This document shows, one piece after another, positions 24,329-43,605 of a stretch of 64,000 bases of DNA. The DNA is from Scenedesmus sp. PABB004 (lineage: Eukaryota): the NCBI GenBank assembly GCA_014905635.1, contig JABVCE010000028.1:372001-436000 (forward strand). The letters run 5' to 3'. Within the stretch, counting starts at the first letter, position 1. Each line of letters opens with the position of its first letter. The notes under the pieces are model-generated. The model was given only the letters and a program-made list of their open reading frames with translations. It was not told the DNA's origin and did no database searches. The translations under genes and the position numbers were made by a program.

Positions 24329-27300
24329 AGCGGCGGCCAGGTGTGCAACGGCGCAGGCCGCGCGCGCGGACCGCTCATCATCAAGCCCAGGCCTCGCTCA
24401 GCCCAGCTCACCGCAGGACCATGAGCTGGTGCACCTTCTGCCGCACCTCCGCCGCCTGCGCCTCCGTGGCCTCGCGCTGCGCGTGCAGCGCCGCGAGGCT
24501 CGCGCGCGCGGACGCGAGCTGGCCCTCCACGCTCGCGGCGACCTGCTCCATGCGCCCCGCGCGCGCCTCGGCCGCCGCCGCGGCGCCCGCCGCCTCGGCG
24601 CGCGCGAGCGCGCGGGCCTCGGCGAGCACGCGCGGGTCAAAGCCCAGCGCCTGCGCGATGTCGAGCGCGTTGGACGCGCCCGCTGCGCCCCAGCACAGGC
24701 GGTAGGTCGGGCGCAGCGTGCGGGTGTCAAACTCCATGCACACGTTGACATACCTGCGGCCGGCCGGCCGGCCGGCGCGCGCGCGGGCGTCGGCGCGGAC
24801 GCCTCTTGTCGCGCAGCAAAGCCCAGGCCGCAGCTGTTGGTTCACGCGGGCCCACGCGGGCCCGCGGCCGCACCGCGCGTCCTCGTCGGCCGCCGCCTTG
24901 AGCTCCGCGTGGTGGCTCGTCGCGAGCGTGAGCCGCGCCTGGCCGGCAAGCACGTCCAGCACGGCGCGCGCGAGCGCGGCGCCCTCCTGTACGCGCGCGG
25001 CGCGGCGCGGCGCGGCGGCCGCCGCGTGTCAGCTGCCGCGCCGCCAGCGCGAGGCGGGCGCGACAGAGCGCGGCCGCGCGGCTGCCGCCGCCGCCGCCGC
25101 CGCACCTGCGGGTCGGTGCCGCTGCCGACCTCGTCCAGCAGCACCAGGCTGCCGGCGCCCGCCGCGGCGAGCAGCAGGCGCAGGCGCCGGATGTGGCCGC
25201 TGAAGGTCGAGAGGTTCTGCTGCAGGCTCTGCGCGTCGCCGATGTCCGCCAGGACCTGCGGCGGCGGCGTCTGCGGTGGGCCGCCGCGGAGGCGGCGGGG
25301 CCGCGCCGCCACCGTGCGCGCCGCGCCGCGCCCACCCCCACCCGCCGCCCTGTCCCGGCCGCGACAGCGGCGCACCTGGTCGAACCAGAGCAGCTGCGGC
25401 GCCGCGGCGCCGGCCCCCGCGCCGCGCGCCGCCGCCGCCGCCGCCGCCGCCTGCAGCCGGGTGCTGCGGGTCCACCGGCAGGAAGAGCCCGGCCTTGGCC
25501 ATGATGGCCAGCAGGCCGGCGGTCTTGAGCGTGACCGTCTTGCCGCCGGTGTTGGGCCCCGTGATGGCGACGACGCGCGTGACCCCGCCCGGCGCGCGCA
25601 GGTCGAGCGCCTGCGGCGGCGCCCGCCGCGGCGCCGGCGCGTCGTCCGCGCCGGCGTCGCCGTCGCTGTCGCTGCCGCTGCTGCTGGCGCTGCCGCTGCT
25701 GCCGCCGCCGGCCGCGAGCGCCCAGAGCGGCGGCGGCACAAAGTCGGACTCGAACGCCGCGTCCTCCCCGCTCGGCGGCCGCGGCAGCGGCGGCAGCGCG
25801 GCCTGCAGCAGCAGCGGGTGCCGCGCGCCCGGCAGGAAGAGCGGCGACGCGCCCGGCGCCTGCAGCGCGTCGAGCGGCGCGCCGCCGCCGGGCGCGCCGC
25901 TGCCGGCGCCGCCGCCGCTGCTGGCGTCGCCGGTGAACTCCGGCCGCACCGCGCCCAGCCAGGCGGCGTGCTTGGCGCGCGCCGCGACCAGGTCAAGCTG
26001 GGTGACCGACTCCAGCAGTGCCTGAGACGCAGAGCCGGGCGGTCGGCGCGCGGCGGCTAAAGAGAGAGCGACGACAGCGAGCGGCCGGGCGTGTGCGTGC
26101 AGCCGGGCGCGCGCGGGGGCGGGCGGCGCGCCACGCGCCCGCACCTGCAGCCCCGGCGCGCGCTGCGCCAGCAGGCAGCTGAGCCCCGCCAGCACGGCGA
26201 GCTCCTGCTCCGCCTCCTGCTCGGACAGCAGGGCCTCGCGGTTGTTCAGCTCCAGCAGCTCGGCAGGCTCCATGTACAGCGTGGCGCCTGCGGCGCGGCG
26301 CGGGCGGCGGCGGCCGGGTGGGTGCCGGCGCGCCCGGGGCGGCTGGCGCAACGCGGGCGCGGCGCCGCGCGCGCGGCGCGCGCCGCCGCCGCGCCGCACC
26401 CGTGCCCGACGCGCCCAGCCGCACGCTGCCCTTGGCGAGCGCGGAGCGGCGGCTCGTCTTGACCGCGACGCAGAAGCGCCCGCGCAGGAGCAGCGGCTCG
26501 CGGCCCTCGGCCGCGCCCTGCTGCGCCAGGCTGCGCGCGAGCGCCGTCGCGGCGGCACGCGCCACCTCGCGGTTGGCCTGCCGCGCGGCCCGCACCGCCG
26601 CGAGCTCCGGCGACGCGCCGTCCAGCACCGCGCCGTCACTGCACGGCGGCGGGGCGGGGTCGCGCGGGGCGCGGGAGCGGCGGCCGCGCGGCGCGGGCGC
26701 GCGCGGGCGCGCCGGCCCTGCCGGCGGCGCCGCCGGCGCGCGCACCCGATGCACGCCCGCAGCGCCGCCAGCGTCGCCTGCTCGCGGTCGGCGATGCCGC
26801 CGGCCAGCGCCGCGAGGGCGGGCCACGCGGGCCCGCCCGCCGCCGCAGCCGCGCACGCGGCGGCCTTGACGCCAAACGCCGCCTCGAGGCTGGCCGCGAC
26901 GCCCTCGAGCTGCTTCGCGTTGAGCACGCCGCCGCCGACCACGGCCGCGAGCGCGGGGCGCAGATCAAACACGCCTGGCGGCCGCGAAGGGCGGAGGGCG
27001 GAGGGCGGGGCGGGGGCGGGATGGATGGCGCCGCGCGAGCCCTGGGCGCGGGCGGCGCGCGGCGGGGCGGCAGCCGGTGCCTGCGCCACCGGGCGCCGCC
27101 CGGCGCGCGCACCCGCGACCTCCAGCGCCGCGCCCGCGGCCTCGGCCGTCTGCTGCAGCAGCGCCTCGCTGCCCTGCCGGCTCGCGCCGATCGGCAGGCG
27201 CGCCGCGAGCGCGAGCTCCGCCGCCATGCTCGTGCCGCAGAACGCCGCGACCTGGCGGCACACCGCGGGCCACTCCAGCAGCTCCAGCGACTGCGCGCCC

Positions 27301-27587
27301 GCCTCGGCCGCCGCCGCCGCCGCTGCTGCGGCGGCGCCGCCAGGCTGCGGCGGCGGCACCGTGGCCTCCGGTGCGGCACCGGCGCTGGCGGCAGCCGCTG
27401 CTGCCACCGCCCTGCACGCGCCGCTGCCGCTGCGCCGCCGCGGCGCCGGCTCGGCGGGTGCCGCCGCCCTAGCGGCGGCGGCGAGCGGCGGCCGCCGGCG
27501 CCGCGCGGCGGCGGCGCCGCCGCTCTGTGGTCGCCGCGGCGCGCCGGTCGCGCCGCGTGCACCGCGCCGCGCCGCCGCCGCCCGCAT
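23357..27587 (-). CDS. mutS2: MutS2-like ATPase, probably plastid-targeted; no Smr domain seen
   Basis: Transit-like N-terminus, SLELLEWPAVCRQVAAF, GATLYMEP, ARHPLL, Walker A ITGPNTGGKTVTLKT, ADIGDAQSLQQNLSTFSGHI, LLDEVGSGTDPQEGAALA, ATSHHAELK, GASNALDIAQALG, then coiled coil and a KOW-like segment. Confidence 0.92.
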
Positions 27588-28191
27588 GGCGTCGCGGGCG
27601 GTGCACACGCGCGGCGGGCGTGCTGTGGCGGCGGCGTGCGGCGCGCGGGCGGCGTGCGGCGGGTGCGCGCTGCTGCCGCCGCGGAGCGGCTGTGTGCGCG
27701 GCGCGCAGCCTGCCGCGCCGGCTGGAGCGCCTGGGCGGCACGGTATACACGGGATTGTCGCCGCCCGGCCGCGTTCGCGACGCTGCGAGGCGTGCGACTG
27801 GTCGCCCGCTGGGACTCGAACCCTGCCAGGCCAACCAGCCCCGGCCCGCGCTCACGAGCCCGCCGCTGTTCGCCAGGCCCGCAGCCGAGCTCGCGCGTCG
27901 CCGCGCGCTGCAGCGGCAGCGCTGAGACTGTGCGAGCCCGCACGCGAAATTGAACGCGTTCCGCGGCCCGCCGGGGCTTCCAAGGAACGATCGGCCCCTG
28001 TTCCACCGCACAGGCCATGACGGCTGCTGCGGAGCTCAAGGCAAGGCGCTGGTTTGGGGCGATGGCGGGCGGGCGAGGCCGCCGGGCGGGCCGGGCCTGC
28101 CGGAGGGAGGCCCCGTCCCGTGCAGTGGGCGCACGGCCGCGCGGCGGGGGCGCCCGGGCCGGCAGCAGCGTGGGGAGGGGGGCTGCTGCTG

Positions 28192-35118
<6,927 letters not shown>

Positions 35119-35905
35119 CCAGCGGCCGCGGCGGCTGCGGCCGCGTGCTGTGTGCTGCGCAACTCGGGGAGCGGGCACTGCGCCGCGCGCGTTGCGCGCG
35201 CCAACAGGGGGGACGGGGACGAGGCGTGGAGGCAGCGACTAGGCAGCTCAGGCACCGGCTGCCCCACAGGGGGGAGCGCCTATGGTTTGTGGTGGTGGCG
35301 CGCCGCAATTGCCGGCCGCGGCGTTGTGTCTTAGGCCGCGGCGCATCTCTTGTGTAGGCGCGTGCCCGCGCGCAGCCTCGCGCGGCCGTGCGGGATTGCA
35401 GCTGCTGCGCGCGCAGATCCGGGCGCAGCCGTGAGTGTGTGTGGAGACGGGGGCCGGCTGGCTGGCGGGGGCTGCGGCGTGCGGTGCTGTCGGCTGCCGC
35501 CGCTGCTGCCTGCCTATGAAACACAACCAGCGGTGGTGGCGCAGCGCTCGAGGCAGCGCGCGCAGCTGCGGCGTCGCGCGCAAGCATACCGCTTCGAACT
35601 CTGGCCCAGCGAGGGACTGCCCTCGAAGGCCCCGAGCTCTCGTGGGCGGCCAGGGAGCGTTTGTGGGCTCGCTTACGGCCCGGGGGCGCCCGATCGTTGA
35701 CCGCCGCCCGCGCGTCGGCCGCGCGGCGCCGCCGGGCGCTGCCCCCCAGAAACGCCTCATCGCCGCGCCGCGCGTGCATGAAGCCTCGCACTGCGCTTCT
35801 CTCGCGCCCGGTCCAGCTCGGGGCGGCCCGAGGCCGGCGCGGCGCCCACGTCTGACATGAGGGCTCGCCGGTGCCAAACCGCGCTGAGCGCCTCCAGCGT
35901 GATGT

Positions 35906-35913
35906 GTATATAG
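35906..35913 (+). promoter_or_regulatory. Candidate TATA box of the expansin-like gene
   Basis: GTATATAG about 145 bp upstream of ATG 36055 in otherwise very GC-rich DNA. Confidence 0.45.
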
Positions 35914-36054
35914 CAGGGCCACTCACCACCAACCCGCCACCCCGCGCGCGCGCCGCCCCCTCGCCCCCGCTCGCCAGCGCGCCAGCGCGCGCGCCCGCGG
36001 CCGGCCCGCCCTGCGCGCCACCCACGCGCCCGCCGCACCCGCGCCACTGCCACC

Positions 36055-36837
36055 ATGGCGGGCCCGCGCGCGTCCTGCCTGCGGCGCGGTGGCTGGGGCG
36101 GCGCGCTCACGCTCCTGGCGCTGGCGGCGGCGCCGGCCGCGGCCGGCAAGTTCGACGGCTGGTCCCAGGGCCGCGCCACGTTCTACGGCGAGGGCGACGG
36201 CATGTCCATCCACCAGGTGCGGCACCGCGGCACAACGCCGGCCAGCCGCTGCCGGCCCGCCGGCCCAGCGCGCGGCTGCACCGAGACGCCGCCGCGCGCC
36301 GACGCCCCGCCGGCCGGCCCTCCGCAGGGCTCGTGCATGTTCGGGACCCTCGACGGCGGCAGCGGCACGGGCTTTGACATCGCCGCCCTCAGCGACACCG
36401 CGCCCGAATACGCAGGCAGCTGCGGCACGTGCTACGAGGTCGCCTGCCGCTCGGCGAAGCTGACCGACGGCTACGGCCACGCGCTCGACCGCGGCGGCGC
36501 GTGCACGCGCGGCGAGCGCAGCGTGGTCGTCACGGTCACCGACACCTGCCCCTGCGTCTATCCCTCCAACGCCTGGTCCAACAAGCGCTGGTGCTGCGGC
36601 GACGCGTTCCACATGGACCTCAGCAAGAGCGCGTTCGCCAAGATTGCCGACCCCGGCGCCGGCGTGACCGGCATCTACTACCGCCGCGTGCCCTGCCCCG
36701 GCGGGCGCGGCCACGGCCAGGGCGGCGGCGGCGGCGGCGGCGACTGGGTGGCGGCCAAGGCCAAGGCCGCCGGCGGCGGCTACGACCCCGCCTGGCCCAA
36801 CCGCGGCCTGCGCCGCCTCGCGGCCGGGGCCGCGTGA
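36055..36837 (+). CDS. Secreted expansin-like protein (DPBB domain only), one intron 36217-36327
   Basis: Signal peptide; WSQGRATFYG, GSCMFG, GSCGTCYEVAC, SVVVTVTDTCPC, HMDLSKSAFAKIA, GIYYRRVPC. No CBM63 domain follows. Confidence 0.9.
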   Translation: MAGPRASCLRRGGWGGALTLLALAAAPAAAGKFDGWSQGRATFYGEGDGMSIHQVRHRGTTPASRCRPAGPARGCTETPPRADAPPAGPPQGSCMFGTLDGGSGTGFDIAALSDTAPEYAGSCGTCYEVACRSAKLTDGYGHALDRGGACTRGERSVVVTVTDTCPCVYPSNAWSNKRWCCGDAFHMDLSKSAFAKIADPGAGVTGIYYRRVPCPGGRGHGQGGGGGGGDWVAAKAKAAGGGYDPAWPNRGLRRLAAGAA

Positions 36838-37347
36838 GCGCGTGCGCGTGTGGGGAGGGCTGACTGCGGCAGCAGAATGCCTGCCCTTTGATGCTGCCGC
36901 CGCCGGCCGGCGCGCCGTGCTGGTCGGCCCCGCCAGACTTGAACCGACGACAGCCATGACTGCCCGCGTGTTGAGCGTGTGTTGCTGAATGCTGCTTTGA
37001 AGCAGGCCCCCACAGGACGAGAGTGAGACGGCGGCACTGCGGGGGCTGGCGCGGCCGGGCGCGGCGCGCGCCCCCAGACTGCTGCAGCCTGACGAGCGCG
37101 CTGCGCTGCGCTGCGCGACACCTCAACACACCACTGGGCGGCGCACGCGTAGGGGTCCCGCGCTGCTGCACGGCTGCTGCTGTCGAGGTCACGGCGAAGA
37201 ACCTTGGGGGCAAGGGCGGCGCGCGCAGTGTGGCGCGCGCGCGCTCTCGGACCAATGCGCGGGCGGGCTTGGGGCGAAGCGGGCGAGTTGCCGTGGCGGG
37301 CGGTCCCTGGCGCGTGGCAACCGCCTGATCACGCGCGCCGCATCACA

Positions 37348-40300
37348 TCACAGCCACCGCGGCCGCCGCCTCTTTGGTCCCGCCGCCCTGCGCGCCGCGG
37401 CCGCGGCGCGCACGCTCGACTGCTCGCCGCCGCGCGCCTTGGCGAGGTCCGCCAGGCGCGCCTCCTCCGCGAGCTGCACGCGGAACAGCAGCGCGCGCGC
37501 CTCGGCGCCCGTGAGCGTCCCCGCCGCTGCGGGGCTGAGCGGGAGGCGGAGCTCCGCGATGCGTGCGAGCTGGCTGGGGCTGGCGAGCGGCTCCGGCAGG
37601 CCCGACGACTTGGCGTGCCTCACCAGCTCCCTGCGGCGGCCGCCGGGCAGCGGTCAGGGCCCTGCACAGAGGCCGCCGCACAGGCAGTGCGCGGTGCGAG
37701 CGCGCGAGCGGGCCAGGCCGCCCACCTGCGTGCGTCCAGGCAGCTGTAGCGTCGGCTGTGCGGCAGCCCCGCGGCGCGCAGCAGCTCCAGCTGGCGCGCA
37801 CCTGGCGGCGGCGGCGGCAGCAGCGACGGGGGGCTCGGCGGCGGCCCGTGCGCGCGCGCGCTGCTCGCGCGACGCCGGCCGGGCGCGCCCGTGCGCGCTC
37901 ACTCGCTGGCAGCGCGGGGTGCTGCTCGGTGGCCTTTGTCGGGACCTTCCAGCCGCCGACCATGCCTGCGATGCGCATCGAGTGCTCCCTGCGCAGCGGG
38001 GGGGGGGGGGGGGTGGCGGCGGCCGCCGGCGGGGCACGGGGCAGCGCGTCGGCGCGGGCAGCCGGCCGCCCGGCGCGCACGCGCGCCGCGCGCGCCGCGC
38101 CAGGCCCCCCCCGCCCCCCACCCCCCCCCCCCCGCGCGCCGCAGCCGCCGTGCGCCCACCGGCCGAGGAAGGCCAGCTGCTGCGTCACCAGCCAGCCCGC
38201 GAGCCGCTCCGCGCGGTCCATCGCTGCGCCGAGCGGCAGCGGCGCCGCAAGCCGGCCGGCGCCGCCGCCGCCGCCGCCGCCGCCGCCTGCGTCCCCAGCG
38301 CCGCCCTGGCAGCCGCCGCCCGCGTCGGCGTCCGGCGCGTGGCGGGCGGCGTAGCTGGCCAGCAGCGCCGCGGCGGCGGGGCCGGTGCTGACGGCGTGCC
38401 GCGTGCCGTCCGGCAGCTGCAGCTCCAGCACGTACAGCACGGCCGGGTCCAGCGCACAGGCCGCGCTGCGGCCGCCGGCGCCCAGGCCGAGCCCCAGCTC
38501 ATCGTCGCCCTCGCCGCCGGCGCCGCCGTCGCCGCCGGCGTCGGCGTCGCTGCCGCCGCCGCCGCGCTCGTCACTGCGCCCCGCGTCGCGCGGCGCCGGC
38601 GCCGCTGCCGGCCCCGGAGCCGCCGCCGCCGCCGCCGCCACGGGGCTCAGGGGGCTCAGCCAGAGGTAGGCTCCGCACATGAGGTCGAGCAGCAGCGCCC
38701 CGCCGGGCAGGCCCAGCCAGGTGTGGCGGGGGCGCAGCCCCGCGTCGTACTGCGCACACAGGTCGGCGAGCAGCGCGGCGCGCGCCGGCAGCACGGCGTC
38801 GCGCGCGACGCTGTCGCCCACGGGCCCGGGCCCGGGCCCGGCGCCGGGCCCGGGCCCGCCCCCGCGCGCGCCGCCGGGGGGCGCGGCGCTGCGGAGGAAG
38901 TTGGCGGTGAGGATCGCGGCGAGCAGCTGCGCCGCGGCGGCGCGGTAGGTCATGCCGCCGCTGCTGCCGGCGGCGATGAGGTGCGACGGCGCGTACGGCG
39001 CGAGGTGGCGCAGCAGGAACGCCTGCCGTGGCGTGGCCGGGACGCGCATCTTCTGCGCGGCGCCGCGCCAAAAAACGGCACGCGGGGGCGGAGGCGGGGA
39101 GGCGGCGCGGGCGGTGAGCGGCGTGGCCGGTCCCGACTGGCAGCGCGCGGCGTCGGGCAGCCAACCACGCCCGGTCAGCGCCCGGTCAGCGCCCGGCCGC
39201 CGGCGCACCTCGACGACGCAGCGGTCGATCGCGTTGTTTGCCGTGCCGCGGCTCCAGCTGGGGTCGTACGCGATGCCGTGCCGCTCGCAGAACAGCACCT
39301 GCACGAGGGAAGGTGGCAGCGGACGCGGGCGTGGGCGCGCGCGCAGGCGCGGGCCTGGGGCGAGCGCGGGCGCGCGGGCGGCGCCGCGCGGGCGGGCGGC
39401 GCCGCGCCTGGTGGTCGGTCATTGGCCGGTCGCGCCAGTCCATGCCCAGCTCGCGCAGCGCGGCCTCGTTGGGGTGCGCGGCCTTCACCCAGGCCTCGGC
39501 CAGCGTCTGCGGCGCGCGCGCGCGGCCGGTGGGCAGGCGGCGCGCGGGCGCGCGGGGGCAGGCGCCGGGCGCAGGCGCGCGCCGCGCGCCGCCGCCCACC
39601 CGTGCGCGCTGCAGGTTGACCGGCCGCCCGGTCGTCCCGGGCAGCGGCGACGTGCGGCCGAGGCCCTCCTCAATCTCAGGGACCCAGCCGCGGCCAGACT
39701 TGGTGAGCCAGAGGATGCGCAGCCCCGCCATGCTCGCGCCGCGCCCCCGGCGCAGCGGCATCGCCCAGCTGCCGCCCTCCAGCAGCGTCCAGACCAGGTC
39801 GCCCCGGATCGCGCGCGGCGCCGGCGCCGGCGCCGCGGCGGCTGCCGGTGGCATTTGCGTCGCGCCGGCGCCGCCGCTGAGCCCCGCACCGCGGGCACGG
39901 CGAGCGCCGCGGCGAGCGCGGGCGGCGCCGGCTCGCAGAGCGGGCCCAGAACGTCGGCACAGACGAGCGTGGCGGCTGCAACACCCCCGGCGCCACGATC
40001 CACCAGGTCGACCACCACCACGCGCGGCGGCCCGCCGCCGCCGCCGCACGGCGCCGTCGGCAGCAGCACGGGCGCGAGGCGCGCCGCGTAGTCGCGCGCG
40101 TCGCGCGCGGGCGCCGCCATGACCACCGCCGCCGCGGCGCCGCGCGGCAGCGCCGCCGTCGCCGCGGCGTCGCCGGCGAGGCCGCTGACCAGCACCTGGT
40201 CGCGCCCCGGCGCCGCAAAGGCCTCCAGCACCGCGGCCTGGTCGGCGGGGGCCTGGCCGTCGTGCAGCGCGAGCGCGCCGACGCCCTGAAGACTGAGCGC

Positions 40301-41831
40301 GATCGCCAGCTGCCGCGCGTGCTGCTGCCCGCCCGCGTACACGACCACCTTGGCGCCCTCCGCCGCGCGCACGGCCGCCGCGACGAGCGCGACGCGCGGC
40401 GCGGCGCCCAGCGCGGCGCCCAGCGCCGCCGCGCCCGCGCCCGCCGGGGGCAGCGCCACGCCGGTGTCGACGCTCACGGCCGCGGCGCGGCGGAGCAGCC
40501 CAGCCGCGACGGCCTCCGCGCCGCCCAGCTGCAGCGCCGGCTGCCCCACGTCGGCCGCGGCGCCGCCCGCGTCGGGCTCCGCCGCTGCCGCCGCGTGCGC
40601 GTCGCCGGCTGGGGCCGCCGACGCCCGCCGCCGCCGCCGCTGCGCCGGGCGCTGCGCGCCCAGCGCCGCCGGCTGCGCCGGCTGCACCAGCGCCGGCTGC
40701 CACCAGCCGCGGCTCGTGACCGTAACGAGCGGCCGCCCCGGGTTGGGCTCCAGGAAGCGCAGCTGGCGCAGCAGCTGCTGCGCCGCGCCGCGCGCCGCCT
40801 CGTCAAACGCGGACGCCTGCGGCAACTGCTGCTCCGGCGGCGGCGGCGCCGCGCGGCCGCCGCCGCCCGCGTCGTGCGCCTCGGGCTGCGGCGGCGGCGC
40901 GTCGAAGCCCTCCTCATAGACCGCCAGCGCGCGCGCCGCCGCGGCGTGCGCCAGCAGCTGCGTCGACGCGCCCGGCAGGCGCGCGAGCTGCTGCAGGTCC
41001 ACCAGCAGCAGGCCGTGCTGCGGGCGCAGCAGGTCGCCGGGGACGACGCGCGGCGGGGGCGCCGCCGGCGCCAGCGCCGCGAGCGCGGCCGCGAGCGGCG
41101 CGACGCGCGCCGACGCGCTGACGAGCAGCAGCACGGCGCCGTGGGGCGCGTGCGCGCCGGCGAGCGCGGCGATCAGCGGCGTCACGTCTGCCGAGGGCGG
41201 CAGGCGCAGCAGCACGCGCTGCTGCCCCGCCGCCAGCCGCGCCTGCGCGGCGTCCAGGGCCGCCTGCTGGTAGGGCAGCAGCTGCGCCTGCGGCTGCGGC
41301 TGCGGCTGATGCTGCGGCTGATGCTGCGACTGCGGCTGCGCCGCGCCGGCGGCCCTGCTGGCGTGGTAGCAGCGCGCGTGCACCGCCGCCAGGTCGCGCA
41401 GCAGCTGCGCTGCGGCGGGCGGCGGCCGCTGCTGCCACTGCTGCAGCAGCTGCCACTGCACCTGCCCCTCCGCCAGACGGCTGATTCGCCGGGCGCCATG
41501 CTGGGGCTGCGCTGCTTCCAGCAGCAAGGCGTCGGACGCCGGCCCTGCCGGTGCCGCGCCGGCCGCCGCTGCTGCCGCCGCGCCGCGCCGTGCCGCCTGC
41601 GGCGGCGAGAGCAGCGCGCGGGTGAGCTGGGAGAAATGCAGCGCGCACGCACACGAGCGCGCGCTCGCGCTCGCGGCAGCAGCTCCCGTGCAGGCGAACG
41701 CCGCGACGCTGGCCGCTGCTGCTGCCGCCCAGCCTCACCGGGCTCGCGCCCTCAACCGCGCAGCCCTGCAACGCGTGCCACCACCTCAAGATCTGCGACA
41801 CGGCACGCCGCCGCGCCTGGAGGGCGCGCAT
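37348..41831 (-). CDS. Degenerate SF2 helicase-like protein (Irc3/ResIII-like fold), probably catalytically dead
   Basis: Q-motif LLPYQQAALDAA, RVLLRLPPSADVT at the Walker A position, AVYEEG at the DEAH position, KVVVYAGGQQHARQLA..LHDGQAPADQAAVLEAF..VLVS, VVVDLVD, then repeated WRDRPMTDHQ / PATPRQ / LASPSQ motifs. The start and one junction (~39890) are uncertain. Confidence 0.6.
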
Positions 41832-42002
41832 GCGCCACGGCCTGCGCTGTGGCGAGTTCGGCGGCCGCGGCGGCCGCCGGCGTGGGCGGGAGGGAAGCAA
41901 GCGGGAGCTGCCCCCTCGCAGCCGCTGCGGCACCGGGTTACCCAGCCGCCGCTCGCAGCGAACCGCCAGGGCCCTCGCTCAAAACCTCGGCGCGCGCGCG
42001 CT

Positions 42003-43605
42003 TCAGCGCCGCCCTGCACCGGCCGCGGCCGCCGCCTCGTCGTCGTCGTCATCGTCGTCGTCGTCGTCGCCGCTGCCGCCGCCGCCAACGCTGCCCGCTG
42101 CCAGCACCGGCGCCGCCGCCGGTGCCGCGCCGGCCGCCACCGCGCCGCCGCCCGCCGGGACGACCTCCACCACCTCGACGACCGACACCGTGGTGCAGCG
42201 CCGCACGCACTCCTGCGCGGCGGCGCGCGGGTTGGCCGCACGCGGCGGCGGCGGCGGCGGCGGCCGGGCGCCGCGCAGCCCGATGGCCGCACCTTGGCGC
42301 ACGCCTGCTGCGGCACGTCGACGCACGACTCCACGTCGACCGTCACCTGGCGACAGCTCTGCTCCTCGACCTGCTTGGGCACGTTTGTGCACACATCCTC
42401 ACACACCTGCTGTGTCGCCGGCGCAGCGCTGCTGGCAGGCACGACCGCGGCGGCCGCGGGCGCCGCCGCGGCCTGCTGCTGGCTGTGCGAGTGCACGAGC
42501 GCCGCCGCGCCCAGCGCGAGCAGGGGGAGGAAGTCTGCGCTCTCCCGGCTCTCCTGTCCCGCCACGCTGCCGGCGCCACGCAGCCGCCGCCCGCCCTTCC
42601 CGCCCTTGGCGAAGCTGACCAGTCCCAGCGCGACCGGGCCCTTGCCGGCCGCCGCCGGGGCGGGCGCGGCCACGGCCGTTGTGGCCTCGACCGCCACGGT
42701 TGCGCAACGCCTGGTGCACGCCTGCACCAGCACCGTGCGCTTCACCGTCTCGCACACCTGGCGGCCGCGGCGGCGGAGCGGGCGGCGCGTCGCGCGCGCG
42801 CTCTGCGCGCCTTGGCGCCGGCGGCGCCGCGCCTGGCTGCCGGCGGTCGCCAGCTCTCCGCGGCGCGCACCTGCTTTGTCGTTGGCACTTTCTGGCAGGC
42901 ACGCCCGACCTTGATTACGCACTTGTCCTCACAGACGTCCTTGCACGTGGTCGTGCTCCGCGGCACGGAGCCAGCCGCAGCCGCAGACGCGACCACGGCG
43001 GCCGCGTCGGCGCCCGTCGCCAGCACCTTGGGCTCCGCGGCGGTGGCGCCGAGAACTTCGACCGTCACAGTCGTCTCGGGAGCCTCGGCGCTCTGTGCTG
43101 GGGCGCCCTGGGCGGCGGCTCCTGCGGCGGTGGCGGCGGCGGCCCCTGGCGCGTGGGCTCGTGCTGCTGGAGCAGCCGGGGCGTTGCTTGCCTGGCGCCG
43201 GCCCAGCGCCGCCGCCCGGCCTGGCGCGAAGCTGCGGCGGCGCCCAGCCAGCGGCCTGGCGCGAAGCTGCGGCGGCGCCCAGCCAGCGGCCGCGCGCGCG
43301 CACCGTGCGCCGCCGCCGCGACCAGGAGTGCCAGCGCCAGCGCACGGGGCTGGTTTATTTGGCGCCGTCGCACGGGCCGTTGCGGGCGGGGCAGGCGGGG
43401 CAGCAGTGAGGGCGGGGCGCGGTGCTTCGCGAGATGCTGTCGGAAAGCGCTCGCCCGTCAGCGCGCGGCAGGCCGCTCGTCCCGCTGCGGCCGCGATCCA
43501 CGCCCGACGCAGCGCGACCAGGGCGCGCTTCCCCGCGGCGGCGCGAGCGGCACACCGCGCGCCACCAGCAGCGGCGGCGGCGGCACTCACCGCCAGCCGC
43601 GCCAT
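42003..43605 (-). CDS. Secreted or membrane-anchored Cys/Val-rich protein with a poly-Asp tail, function unknown
   Basis: MARLA|...ALALALLVAAAAHG hydrophobic segment; modules CKDVCEDKCVIKVGRACQKVPTTKQ|VCETV..CTRRC and VCEDVCTNVPKQVEEQSCRQVTVDVESCVDVPQQACAK|ECVRRC; D10 near the C-terminus. Confidence 0.65.
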
